Assembly: GCF_028641065.1 (NCBI RefSeq) | Contig: NC_073390.1 | Coordinates: forward strand, 18,414,001-18,478,000 | Direction of reading: 5' to 3' | DNA length: 64,000 bases | Source of the DNA: Leucoraja erinacea | Taxonomy: Eukaryota | Shown: positions 1 through 10,763 of the stretch, piece by piece | How positions within the stretch are numbered: position 1 is the first letter of the stretch | Layout: every line of letters starts with the position of its first letter | Translations under genes and position numbers: made by a program | Notes under the pieces: generated by a model | What the model saw: the letters and a program-made list of their open reading frames with translations, nothing else | Told to the model about the DNA's origin: nothing | Database searches by the model: none

Positions 1-705
1 AATGACAATTGCTCCGATGCTGCCAAACTTAGGCAATCCTTAAAATTTTGGATTGAGTTCAAACCAAGCAATTCGCAAAAACACTTTTATGGTTTCTCTG
101 CCCAATTAAGCAGAAGAGATGTCCTTGTGAAGCATAACATTTAGTTTCCTGTTTCAGGAACCCTTAATCTTCTCAACAGATGATTTCCGATTTCCCTTCA
201 TCAGCAGAAATGGTATTGGATAAGAAATTAGCATTGGTTTAGACTTAAGTGAGCTTTACATTTAAAGATCATATAATTGAAAACAATAATGAGCAACTCC
301 AATATCCTTTATTTTCTTCAATAATTTTAATTAGCTATAAGTGCTAAGGACATAATCAGTGACTGGGATGAGTTAATGTGCCAGTTTGAATTAGTGTGCA
401 CAGTTGAAATGATAAGATTGTTGAAGCAGCCCAAGTTAATGGCTGTATCTTTACTGAGGTCAAACTGACTTCAGTGCAATGCTACTCTCAGTAATTCCTC
501 CGAGTCATTTCTTCCAATGAGGTCATCAAACCTCACCTTCACACACAAAAAAGAAAAAAAAATTGGAAATAGACAAAAAATTAAAAAGTTAATTATCACT
601 ATCATTTACTATCACTATCAATAGAAATTTAATATATAGGATTCAGATAGTTTGTTAAAAAAAAGATTTCCATTTATAATAATTGAGGGGGTTATTTATA
701 ACCAT

Positions 706-822
706 GTCAGGAGTTATGGGGAGAAGGCAGGAGAATGGAGTTGAGAGGGAAAGATAGATCAGCCATGATTGAATGGCAGAGTAGGCCGAATGACCTAATT
801 CTGCTCCTGTAATGTATGAACT
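706..822 (+). mobile_element. CR1 (HER1-like) LINE 3' end fragment
   Basis: ggagttatggggagaaggcaggagaatgg...gatcagccatgattgaatggc...ctaattctgctcct, the same 3' terminus as other CR1 copies in the window (e.g. 57400-57490). Confidence 0.75.
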
Positions 823-1016
823 CAAAATAAAAATGTGCCCACATTTGTTTGGGTTGATTTGAATTTGGAGAATTGATATCAGTGTTAGTTAGGAGGCAAA
901 GAGAGGTGATGATGAACTATACATACGGTGTTTATAGAACAGTGTGTTTGATTGTGGGGGTCAGTGAAGAGCTTCCACAAGCTTTAGCTTTCTTATTTGA
1001 CCCTTCCAGGGGTGAG

Positions 1017-1582
1017 CACTACAACTTTGCATCTAGAAATTATGGGAATCAAGAATCAGCTTAACTTGCACAGAGGCTTAATTTAGTCGAGAGATGCAGC
1101 ATAGAAACAGGCCCTTTGGCCTTCCAAGTCCATGCTGACCATCAATCACCCATTCACAAAACTTCTATGTTATCTCACTTTCTCATCCACTCCCTAAAAA
1201 TGAGGGGAAATATTACCCCAAAACCCACAGGTCTTTGGCATGTGGGAGGAAACTGGTGCACCCGGAGGAATCCCACGTGGTCACTGGGAGAATATGAATA
1301 CTCCACACAGACAACATCCAAGCTTAGGATCGAACCCAGGTCTCTGCACCAGTGTGCCACCATGGAGTTAAGGGAGATCATGGAGAAGGGAGACCTGTGT
1401 CTGCAGAGGTCTGTGGTCCCCTCATCCATCGATGCATGTCGGGTCCTGTGCTGCAGGTGTACCCAAATGATTGTGAAGCATAGAATCGACACATTGCGGA
1501 GGTTGCAGCTCCTATCTCTGCTGCATACAGCTGCAAACAGTACTGTGAGACCCAGTAATGATGTGTCAGATTTCCACAGCAT
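1017..1582 (+). repeat. 566-bp local duplication, copy 1 (copy 2 at 5153-5718); includes a minus-strand V-SINE (~1076-1360) plus unique flank
   Basis: Colinear with 5153-5718, with the same 4136-bp offset at both ends (cact.caactttgcatctagaaattatggg ... gatgtgtcagatttccacagcat) and scattered substitutions. Confidence 0.9.
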
Positions 1583-1584
1583 TT

Positions 1585-1892
1585 AAAACTTTAGACATTA
1601 GACTATAGAGATACGGCATGGAAACAGGCCCTTCAGCCGACCGAGTCCGCGCCGACCAGTGATCACTCCCATACACTAGCACTATCCTACATACTAGGGG
1701 CAATTTAAAGAGGCCAATTAACAAACCTGTACGGCTTTGGAGTGTGGGAGGAAACTGGAGCACCCGGAGAAAACCCAGGTGGTCACAGAGTGAACATACA
1801 AACTCTGTGCAGACAGCACCCATAGTCAGGATCGAACCCAGGTCTCTGGCACTGTAAGGCTGTAGCTCTACCGCTATGCCACTGTGCCGCCC
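1585..1892 (-). mobile_element. Full-length HE1-like V-SINE (tRNA-derived head, V-domain, CR1-type tail)
   Basis: Reverse complement begins GGGCGGCACAGTGGCATAGCGGTAGAG (A box), contains GGTTCGATCC (B box) and the V-domain GGGTTTTCTCCGGGTGCTCCAGTTTCCTCCCACA, and ends in a (TCTAAAG)-like tail. Confidence 0.85.
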
Positions 1893-2835
1893 GCGACCTG
1901 CCTGTGTACAGCTTGCTGAGGCACACAACTTTTTTACCATTGCAACCTGTTTAACAATGTATAAATGTGTCTTGCGATTTGAACCATCCACAAGGTAGCA
2001 TAGATGGGTGTACCTGAAACAATGTACAAAATAACGCAAATAATCCTGGAAATGAAGTCTCTCTCAAATCCACTCCTTTTTGAATGGAAAACTATTTAAT
2101 TACAGTCCCAGTAAAATTAGGCTCAATCTCATGGTTGTATAAATGTCAAGGATTTGATTTCTCTGTAAATTGGGTCCTAAATGGGATTATGATTAAATGG
2201 ATTACACAAATGTAAAACAATCCACGAGAGATGGAAATAGGATTTGTTCCATTTGATGTAAACCAAATGCAGTTAATGCTAGGGAAACATGTTAGGCTAG
2301 AAAATATATCACATCGTTTTAGTTGTGCTAAAACAGCACTGGAGGTCACCTAATGCTGCATGTAAAAGTCACATAAAGTTTAAGAATTTCATTTGCGTGG
2401 TTCACAGAACAGGGCTGTCAGGATTCCCAGTGTAACACTACAGTGAATCTGACATTGGAGGCTTCAGCTTGGCTTTTCCCCACTGGTATGTTGTTACAGC
2501 TGTCAGTATTTAGCCCAGCAGGTGCCATCTCGGCAGCCAACTCTTAAAGGGACACAGCCCAATATAACCAGCACCCTGAATGCATGAATGAATGGTGCAC
2601 TGGTGGGAGAGTGCCTCCCAAAGTACCACAGTGACCTGTAAAGCAATGTTTGCAGGAGGCACAGATATTGAAGTGAATCCCAACCAGAGGTTGTTAGGGA
2701 GGTCTCCGTAAGGACATGAATGTGGATTTTTAATGTCTGCACATTGCAGGATTCTGTAATTTATATTTGTCTATGCCATCACTGCCTGCTTCTGTGGATT
2801 AAAGGAAGATTGAATGTAGCCTCCTGTCCAAGTGC

Positions 2836-3400
2836 AGTTTAGTTCAGAGATACAGCATGGAAACAGGCCTTGCAGCCCACCAAGTCCATGCCAACCATCG
2901 ATCACCATTTCACACAAAATCTATGTTATCCCACTTTCTCATCCACTCTCTACACATGAGTTCATGAGTTATAGGAGTAGAATTAGGCCATTCGGTCCAT
3001 TGAGTCCACTCCGCCATTCAATCATGGCTGATCTCTGCCTCCTAATCCCATTTTCCTGCTTTCTTCCCATCACCCTTGGTGCCCATTCTAATCAAGAATT
3101 TGACTATCTCTGCCTTAAAAATATCCAGACTTGGACTCCACACTCCACACAGATTAACTACCCTCTGACTAAAGAAGTTCCTCCTCACCTCCTTTTCAAA
3201 AGAGTGCCCTTAGAGCGCCATTGGAGACAATTTAAGGTAGCCAATGAACCTACAAACCCACACTTGTTTGGAAATTGGGAGGAAACCCATGTGGTCACAG
3301 AGGGAACGTGCAAAGCCCACACAGACAGCACATAAGGGCAGGATCGAACCTGGGTCTGTGGTGCTGTGAAGCAGCGGCTCTACCAGCTGCACCGCTGCAC
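2836..3400 (-). mobile_element. V-SINE interrupted by a minus-strand CR1 3' fragment (~2955-3210)
   Basis: SINE tail half at 2836-2955 and head half (ggatcgaacc B box, gctctaccagctgcacc) at 3210-3400, with CR1 3' motifs (ataggagtagaattaggccattcgg) in between. Confidence 0.75.
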
Positions 3401-3630
3401 AGGTCTAGTTTGTGAAACCTCCTGAATGAAGCAGAGATCAGCAGCAAGATCCTGTAATGATTCTAGGAAGGTGAGAGTGATGAGAGTGACTGTGCTCCTG
3501 GCCTACATGGTCAGAGCATGCCAAGCACATGTGCATGGCTGTGTTTGAAACTGCGCAGGTCGCAACCAAAAAAGAAAATGCAGTTTTCACAATAGTCCTT
3601 TGAACCACCCAGTTTTAGGGAAATTATCGT

Positions 3631-4089
3631 TATCAAGCTGGAAAGAGTGCACCAAAGATTTACAAGAATGTTGACAGAACTCGAGGACCTGATCTATGGA
3701 GAGAGGTTGGGTTGGTTAGGACTTTTTTCCTTAGAGCACAGGAGGATGAGGGATATATAAACTCATGAGGGAAATAGAAAGGGTGAATGTCAACAGGCTT
3801 CATTTATACAGGGTAGCATGATTAAGGTGAGAGAGGCCAGTTTTGATAGGAACTTGAGTGGTACCTTTTTCACTCATAGGTTGGTGGGTATATGGAACAA
3901 GCTGCCAGAGGAGATAGTTGCGGCAGATACTATTACATCATTTAAAATACACTTAGATAGGTACATGGATAAGAAAGATTTAGGAGGAAATGGGCCAAAT
4001 GCAGGGAAAAGGGATTGGCATAGATGGGGCATCTTGGTCGGCAAGGATGAATTGAGCTGAAGGGCCTGTTTCTGTGCTGTATGACTATG
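3631..4089 (+). mobile_element. CR1 LINE 3' fragment
   Basis: Degenerate ORF2 C-terminus FFTHRLVGIWNKLPEEIVAADTITSFKIHLDRYM followed by a gggcctgtttctgtgctgtatgactatg tail. Confidence 0.85.
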
Positions 4090-4104
4090 TACAGTAGAGA
4101 AGAT

Positions 4105-4740
4105 ATTGACTGGTTCAGCAACACGAACGGCCAGGAATGGAATAGATTGTAACAAAGTGATTAACTCTGCCCAGTCCATCACGGGTACTGACCTTTCCAC
4201 CATTGAAGGGATCTACAGCAGTCGCTGCCTCAAAAAGGCAGCCAGCATCATCAGAGACCCACACCATCCTGGCCATGAAAACAGGCCTTTCAGCCCACCA
4301 AGTCCATGCCAACCATCGATCACCCATTCACAGAAATTATTTGTTATCGCACATTCTCATCCACTCCCTGCACATAAGTCCATGAGTTATAGGAGTTGAA
4401 ATTAGGCCATTCGGACCATCCCATATCACTCCTGCCATGGGGAAGAAGATAAAGAAACCTGAAAACTGTAATGCCCTGGTTTAGGAGTAGCTTCTTCCCT
4501 ACAACAATCAGGCTATTAAACACTACAATCTCCAAATAAGCTATATAGACTTGGGGGAATTGGTTTTGTTTTTGCACTATTATTTTTTTGAATATATATT
4601 TATACTGACCTTTTTTTGCTGTTTACTATTGGTTTCACAAAGCACTATGTTTACATATCTGCTGTGTTGCCGCAAGGAAGAATTTCATTGTTCTGTTTCA
4701 GGCCACATGACAATAAAACACCCTTGACTCCATGACTCAA
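4105..4740 (+). mobile_element. Rex1/Babar LINE 3' fragment interrupted at 4274-4419 by a copied SINE/CR1 junction
   Basis: AQSITGTDLSTIEGIYSSRCLKKAASIIRDPHHPGH, resuming after the insert with SLLP.GRR...SFFPTTIRLLN; 3' UTR ends in tgacaataaaac. Confidence 0.8.
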
Positions 4741-5152
4741 TACATAGGCATAGTTGAAAAACTCAGTGTAAATTTGTTTTGCATGTTACATGATTATTGA
4801 CTCCATTTGTGGAAACTCAAACCACAATGTCAGGAGTTAAGTTTTGCAATGGGCACTGAAACAACTACAAATGTGCATAAAATTACTCTTTGAGTTAAAC
4901 AAATGTTGAAGGTCACAACACATTTATTTTGAGTTGAATTTCAGCACCCAATTGTTTTATGATTATCTAGAAATTGAAGAAGACCCTAGATGGGCCGAAA
5001 TGGCTGTCACATTTAGCACTATGATCAACCAGCAACTCCCTACCCCCCAAAAAGCATTAGAACTGGAAACAATTACCTTTTGAAACATGTTGAGGTTGTT
5101 TTTACCCCGATTCTTGTGTGAAAATGTGACCTGCATGAATCCCAGTGGCAGT

Positions 5153-5718
5153 CACTGCAACTTTGCATCTAGAAATTATGGGAGCCAGGAAACAGCTTAA
5201 CTTTCACAGAGGCTTAATTTAGTCGAGTGATGCAGCATAGAAACAGGCCCTTTGGCCTTCCAAGTCCATGCTGACCATTAATCACCCATTCACGCAGCTT
5301 CTATGTTATTTCACTTTCTCATCCACTCCCTAGATATGAGGGGAAATTTTACCTCAAAACCAACACGTCTTTGGCATGTGGGAGGAAACTGGAGCACCCG
5401 GAGAAATCCCACGTGGTCACTGGGAGAATATGAATACTCCACACAGACAACACCCAAGCTTTGAATCAAACCCAGGTCTCGGCACCACTGCACCACCATG
5501 GAATTAAGGGAGATCATGGAGAAGGGGGACCTGTGTCTGCAGAGGTTTGTGGTCCCCTCATCCAATGATGCATGTCGGGTCCTGTGTTGCAGGTGTACCC
5601 AAATGATTGTGAAGCATAGGATCGACACACTGCGGAGGTTGCAGTTCCTATCTCTGCTGCGTATAGCTGCAAACAGTACTGTGAGACCCAGTAATGATGT
5701 GTCAGATTTCCACAGCAT
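5153..5718 (+). repeat. 566-bp local duplication, copy 2
   Basis: Colinear with 1017-1582. Confidence 0.9.
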
Positions 5719-6275
5719 CAAAAACTCAGGCAAGCGGATTCAGACAGTTGCAGGTGTACATCCCAGTGGGGGCCTGTTAATTCATATCTCCGTGCCAACC
5801 TGCCGGAGAATCTTCCCTTTGTTTTACTAGGAGTTAAAATGAAGGTCATATGTTGCACAATAGTGTGGCAGAGATGGGTATCTCATGCATGGTGACATCG
5901 CTCTATCTACAAATAAGGCCAGACATGTGCCAGTCATCTTATGGTGAAATAGATGCCCATTCCAAATGTGTATAAAGTGGGATTTAGATGGAAAAGAACT
6001 GCTTTTGTGTTAAAACTTTCATGGAAGGACTTTGGGTGAACTTTGGATGTAAAAGAGGGGCAAATAGTTCAGTTTCCAGGCTAATATCCCAACTGATTTT
6101 GACAGCATTATGGTGAGAGTGCCCGATTATCCTTGTACTGGGAAATGGAAATCCTTGCACTGCGACATGAGGACCTGTAAAATGGAGTTCAAGTGACTCC
6201 CAGAAACAAGGAGAATAGGGAGAAAAAGATGGCAGCCCCAGTTAGTAAAGCGTTACAAAATGGCATTAATAAAAA

Positions 6276-6590
6276 GAGGTTTGGGTGGCTCAGTGGGTTA
6301 GAAAACTAACCTTTCACAAATACGAAACAAATCCAATTCTGGCCCAGACTATCAAGATAAATGTCTCCTCTCTCAGCTGGCTATAAGCATCCTAGTTAAA
6401 TCTAGTTTGGGCAATTTCAATTGAGTTTTTAGTCCATAGCACAGAACTGCACATGATTTGATGCAAATTGGCATTGAATTAACTGTCTCCCTACAGGGGC
6501 ACTGCAGCAGAGACCGGTACATCAAATGAGAATGCACGCTGATGATTGGGAGATGCTCCTCAGAGGCTGAAGTTAAAGTATATCATTGAT
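6276..6590 (+). mobile_element. Degraded LF-SINE-like ancient tRNA-derived SINE
   Basis: Ordered motif remnants resembling LF-SINE: ggtggctcagtgg, cctttcac, gcccag, ccta...aaat.tagttt, caaattggca, cagcagaga, g.agtt.a..tatatcattg. Confidence 0.45.
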
Positions 6591-6650
6591 TAGCCTAATG
6601 GTAACCATTGTTAGGTGTTGATTGGTTGCTAAAGGTAACAATAACTGTTG

Positions 6651-6815
6651 CATGTTTAAGAAGGAACTGCAGATGCTGGAAAATTGAAGGTAGACAAAAA
6701 TGCTGGAGAAACTCAGCAGGTGAGGCAGCATCTATGGAGGGGTTCGACCTGAAACTTTGCCTTCGCTCCATAGATGTTGCCTCACCCGCTGAGTTTCTCC
6801 AGCATTTTTGTCTAC
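6651..6815. mobile_element. Penelope-derived short fold-back element with 12-bp TSD
   Basis: Inverted arms at 6690-6739 and 6766-6815; direct repeat caataactgttg at 6639-6650 and 6816-6827; degenerate hammerhead stem II (ggggttcgacctgaaac) in the loop. Confidence 0.8.
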
Positions 6816-6896
6816 CAATAACTGTTGTATTCCTCGTTTCACTCTTTCTCGTGAAACAAACAGAGAAATGTTTAATTATATTCCAAAGAATAGCAC

Positions 6897-7010
6897 AGGC
6901 GGCACTGTGGCTTAGCAGTAGAGTTGTTTTCGTACAGCGCCAGACATCATGGTTCGATCCTGACTAAGGGTGCTGTCTGTACAAACAGAGTTTCTACATT
7001 CTACCTGTAA
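6897..7010 (+). mobile_element. V-SINE 5' (tRNA-derived) fragment
   Basis: ggcggcactgtggcttagcagtagagttg...ggttcgatcctgact A/B boxes. Confidence 0.7.
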
Positions 7011-8249
7011 ACCCTTGGAAAGTGCCTGGACCTGATGGTATGCCCGGTAGCTCCCACAACTGTGGCTGGCAACCTGCCAGGGAACTGTGGTGCACCAAAA
7101 GGGGGAGAAAATCTTTCTGGCCTTTTACACCTGTATCCGGAGCAACCCCCCCCCCCCCCCCCCCCCCCCACTTACTGCCTCATCGGTGCTGACCGGGCCG
7201 GTCTGGCATCATGTCGTGTGGGTTCTGCACCGTCTCGACTTTCTGCGGCCTTGGAGCCTGGAGCTAACGAAGCCTCCTTTCTCTCGGCAAGACCAGCTTC
7301 CATCAATAAAGACTGCAAGCAAATCCCTTTTGTTGCTGCAGGAGCAGCGAAGGCCGTCTGAGATTTCCTGCGTAAGTCTGCAGCTCGCCAGGGAATGCAG
7401 GATAGCTGAAATAGATGGGTGAAGAGGTGGTGATGCAACAGTTTCCATGGGAGCCGCCATTACCGACGTTTGAGGTGACACGACTTGCCTCCCTCCCTCG
7501 AACTGTTCCATATTGTTTTTGTGTGTGGACTTGGCCTCATCCCATTTGGACTGTCTGTGTCTGTCTGGCACTTTGTTTAAGGGCTTTGCTTAAATTGTAG
7601 CGCCTGATACCATGCAGCGTCGGTGTTCTGGGGGTTCGGGGCCTTCCGGGTGCTATTCAAAGGCGGCTGTTTCAGCTGCTTCAGCTGCTCCTATTGGGGC
7701 CCAGTTCCCCATGAGGAACCCGCCTTTCAACATGGGATAAGGTGCTACTTGCCCCCCCCAGATGAACCTGGATGACCGCGCGGCTGTCGTGACCATGGCG
7801 GCCAAGCCTGCAGGTGTCCTGTACTTGGGCAGGATGTTTGGGATGACCGTGTTCTTCCTCGATTCTGTTAGAAACATAGAAACATAGAAATTAGGTGCAG
7901 GAGTAGGCCATTCGGCCCTTCGAGCCTGCACCGCCATTCAATATGATCATGGCTGATCATCCAACTCGGTATCCTGTACTTGCCTACTCTCCATACCCCC
8001 TGATCCCTTTAGCCACAAGGGCCACATCTAACTCACTCTTAAATATAGTCAATGAACTGGCCTCAACTACCTTCTGCGGCAGAGAATTCCAGAGATTCGC
8101 CACTCTCTGTGGGGAAAAAAGTTTTCCTCATCGCGGTCCTAAAAGATTTCCCCCTTATCCTTAAACTGTGACCCCTTGTTCTGGACTTCCCCAACATCGG
8201 GAACAATCTTCCTGCATCTAGCCTGTCCAACCCCTTAAGAATTTTGTTT

Positions 8250-9526
8250 CTATAAGATCCCCCTCAATCTTCTAAATTCTAGCGAGTACAAACCGAGTCT
8301 ATCCAGTCTTTCTTCATATGAAAGTCCTGACATCCCAGGAATCAGTCTGGTGAACCTTCTCTGTACTCCCTCTATGGCAAGAATGTCTTTCCTCAGATTA
8401 GGAGACCAAAACTGCACGCAATACTCCAGGTGTGGTCTAACCAAGACCCTGTACAACTGCAGTAGAACCTCCCTGCTCCTATACTCAAATCCTTTTGCTA
8501 TGAATGCTAACATACCATTCGCCTTCTTCACTGCCTGCTGCACCTGCATGCCTACTTTTAATGACTGGTGTACCATGACACCCAGGTCTCGTTGCATCTC
8601 CCCTTTCCTAATCGACCACCATTCAGATAATAATCTACTTTCCTGTTTTTGCCAGCAAAGTGGATAACCTCACATTTATCCACCACATTATACTGCATCT
8701 GCCATGTATTTGCCCACTCATCCAGCCTATCCAAGTCACCTTGGAGCCACCTAGCATCCTCCTCACAGCTAACACTGCCCCCCAGCTTCGTGTCATCCGC
8801 AAACTTGGAGATGTTGCATTCAATTCCCTCGTCCAAATCATTAATATATATCGTAAATAGTTGGGGTCCCAGAACTGAGCCTTGCGGTACCCCACTAGTC
8901 ACTGCCTGCCATTGTGAAAAGGACCCGTTTACTCCTACTCTTTGCTTGCTGTCTGCCAACCAGTTCTCTATCCACATCAATACTGAACCCCCAATACCGT
9001 GTGCTTTAAGTTTGTATACTAATCTCTTATGTGGGACCTTGTCGAAAGCCTTCTGAAAGTCCAGATATAACACATCCACTGGTTCTCCCTTATCCACTCT
9101 ACTAGATACATCCTCGAAAAATTCTATAAGATTCGTCAGACATGATTTACCCTTCATAAATCCATGCTGACTATGTCCAATGATGTCGCCACTTTCCAAA
9201 TGTGCTGCTATCCCATCTTTAATAACTGATTCTAGCAGTTTCCCCACTACCGATGTTAGACTAACTGGTCTGTAATTCCCCGTTTCCTCTCTCCCTCCTT
9301 TTTTAAAAAGTGGTGTTACATTAGCTACCCTCGAATCCTCAGGAACTACTCCAGAATCTAAAGAGTTTTGAAAAATTATCACTAATGCATCCACTATTTC
9401 TGGGGCTACTTCCTTAAGCACTCTGGGATGCAGCCTATCTAGCCCTGGGGATTTATCGGCCTTTAATCCATTCAATTTACCTAACACCACTTCCCGGCTA
9501 ACCTGGATTTCACTCAGTTCCTCCAT
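8250..9526 (-). pseudogene. CR1 ORF2 reverse transcriptase domain and C-terminus (frameshifted)
   Basis: [56 protein letters not shown]. Confidence 0.95.
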
Positions 9527-9821
9527 CTCATTTGACCCCCCGGTCCCCTGCTATTTCCGGCAGATTTTTTATGTCTTCCTTAGTGAAGACAGAACCAAAG
9601 TAGTTATTCAATTGGTCTGCCATGTCCTTGTTCCCCATGATCAATTCACCCGTTTCTGACTGCAAGGGACCTACATTTGTTTTAACTAATCTTTTTCTCT
9701 TCACATATCTATAAAAGCTTTTGCAGTCAGTTTTTATGTTCCCTGCCAGTTTTCTTTCATAATCTATTTTCCCTTTCCTAATTAAGCCCTTTGTCCTCCT
9801 CTGCTGGTCTCTGAATTTCTC

Positions 9822-10763
9822 TCAGTCCTCTGGTAGGCTGCTTTTTCTGGCTAATTTGTACGCTTCATCTTTTGTTTTGATACTATCGCTGATTTCCCTT
9901 GTTATCCACGGATGCACTACCTTCCCTGATTTATTTTTTTGCCAAACTGGGATGAACAATTGTTGTAGTTCATCCATGCAGTCTTTAAATGCCTTCCATT
10001 GCATATCCACCGTCAACCCATTAAGAATCAATCGCCAGTCTATCTTGGCCAATTCACGTCTCATACCCTCAAAGTTACCTTTCTTTAATTTCAGGACCCT
10101 TGTTTCTGAATTAACGATGCCACTCTCCATCCCAATGAAGAACTCAACCATATTATGGTCACTCTTGCCCAAGGGGCCACGCACAACAAGACTGCTAACT
10201 AACCCTTCCTCATTACTCAATATCCAGTCTAGAATAGCCAGCTCTCTCGTTGGTTCCTCTACATATTGGTTTAGAAAACTATCCCACATATATTCCAAGA
10301 AATCCTCTTCCTCAGCACCCCTGCCAATTTGATTCACCCAACCTATATGCAGATTGAAGTCACCCATTATAACTGTTTTACCTTTGTTGCGCGCATTTCT
10401 AATTTCCTGTTTGATGCCATCCCCAACTCCACTACTACTGTTAGGTGGCCTGTACACAACTCCCACTAGCGTTTTCTGCCCCTTAGTGTTTTGCAGCTCT
10501 ACCCATATCGATTCCACATCCTCAAAGCTAATGTCCTTCCTTTCTATTGCGTTAATCTCTTCTCTAACCAGCAACGCTGCCCCACCTCCTTTCCCTTTCT
10601 GTCTATCCCTCCTGAATATTGAATATCCCTGGATGTTCAGCTCCCAGCCTTGGTCACCCTGGAGCCATGTCTCCGTGATCCCAACTATATCATAGTCATT
10701 AATAGCTATCTGCACATTCAACTCATCCACCTTATTACAAATGCTCCTTGCATTGAGACACAA
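9822..10763 (-). pseudogene. CR1 ORF2 apurinic endonuclease domain
   Basis: CLNARSI, GITETWL, GVVYRPP, MGDFN, LGKSDHNMVEF motifs. Confidence 0.95.

Noticed and set aside
470-537. Minus-strand candidate terminal exon (VRFDDLIGRNDSEELLRVALH*) after a strong polypyrimidine tract; also a + strand candidate at ~158-211
   Set aside because: Short, unrecognised peptides with no linkable neighbouring exons, indistinguishable from chance.
1116-1586. Paralogous-looking 110-156-aa ORFs here and at 5311-5830
   Set aside because: They run through a V-SINE within a DNA-level duplication; the similarity reflects the duplication, not a gene family.
1017-5718. Direct repeats as LTRs of an LTR retrotransposon
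   Set aside because: No TG...CA ends, primer-binding site, polypurine tract or gag/pol remnants, and the repeats contain a SINE.
8350-10695. Plus-strand ORFs of 100-160 aa overlapping the CR1
   Set aside because: Antisense shadows of the CR1 ORF2; the same applies to 43345-43980 and 58751-59299.
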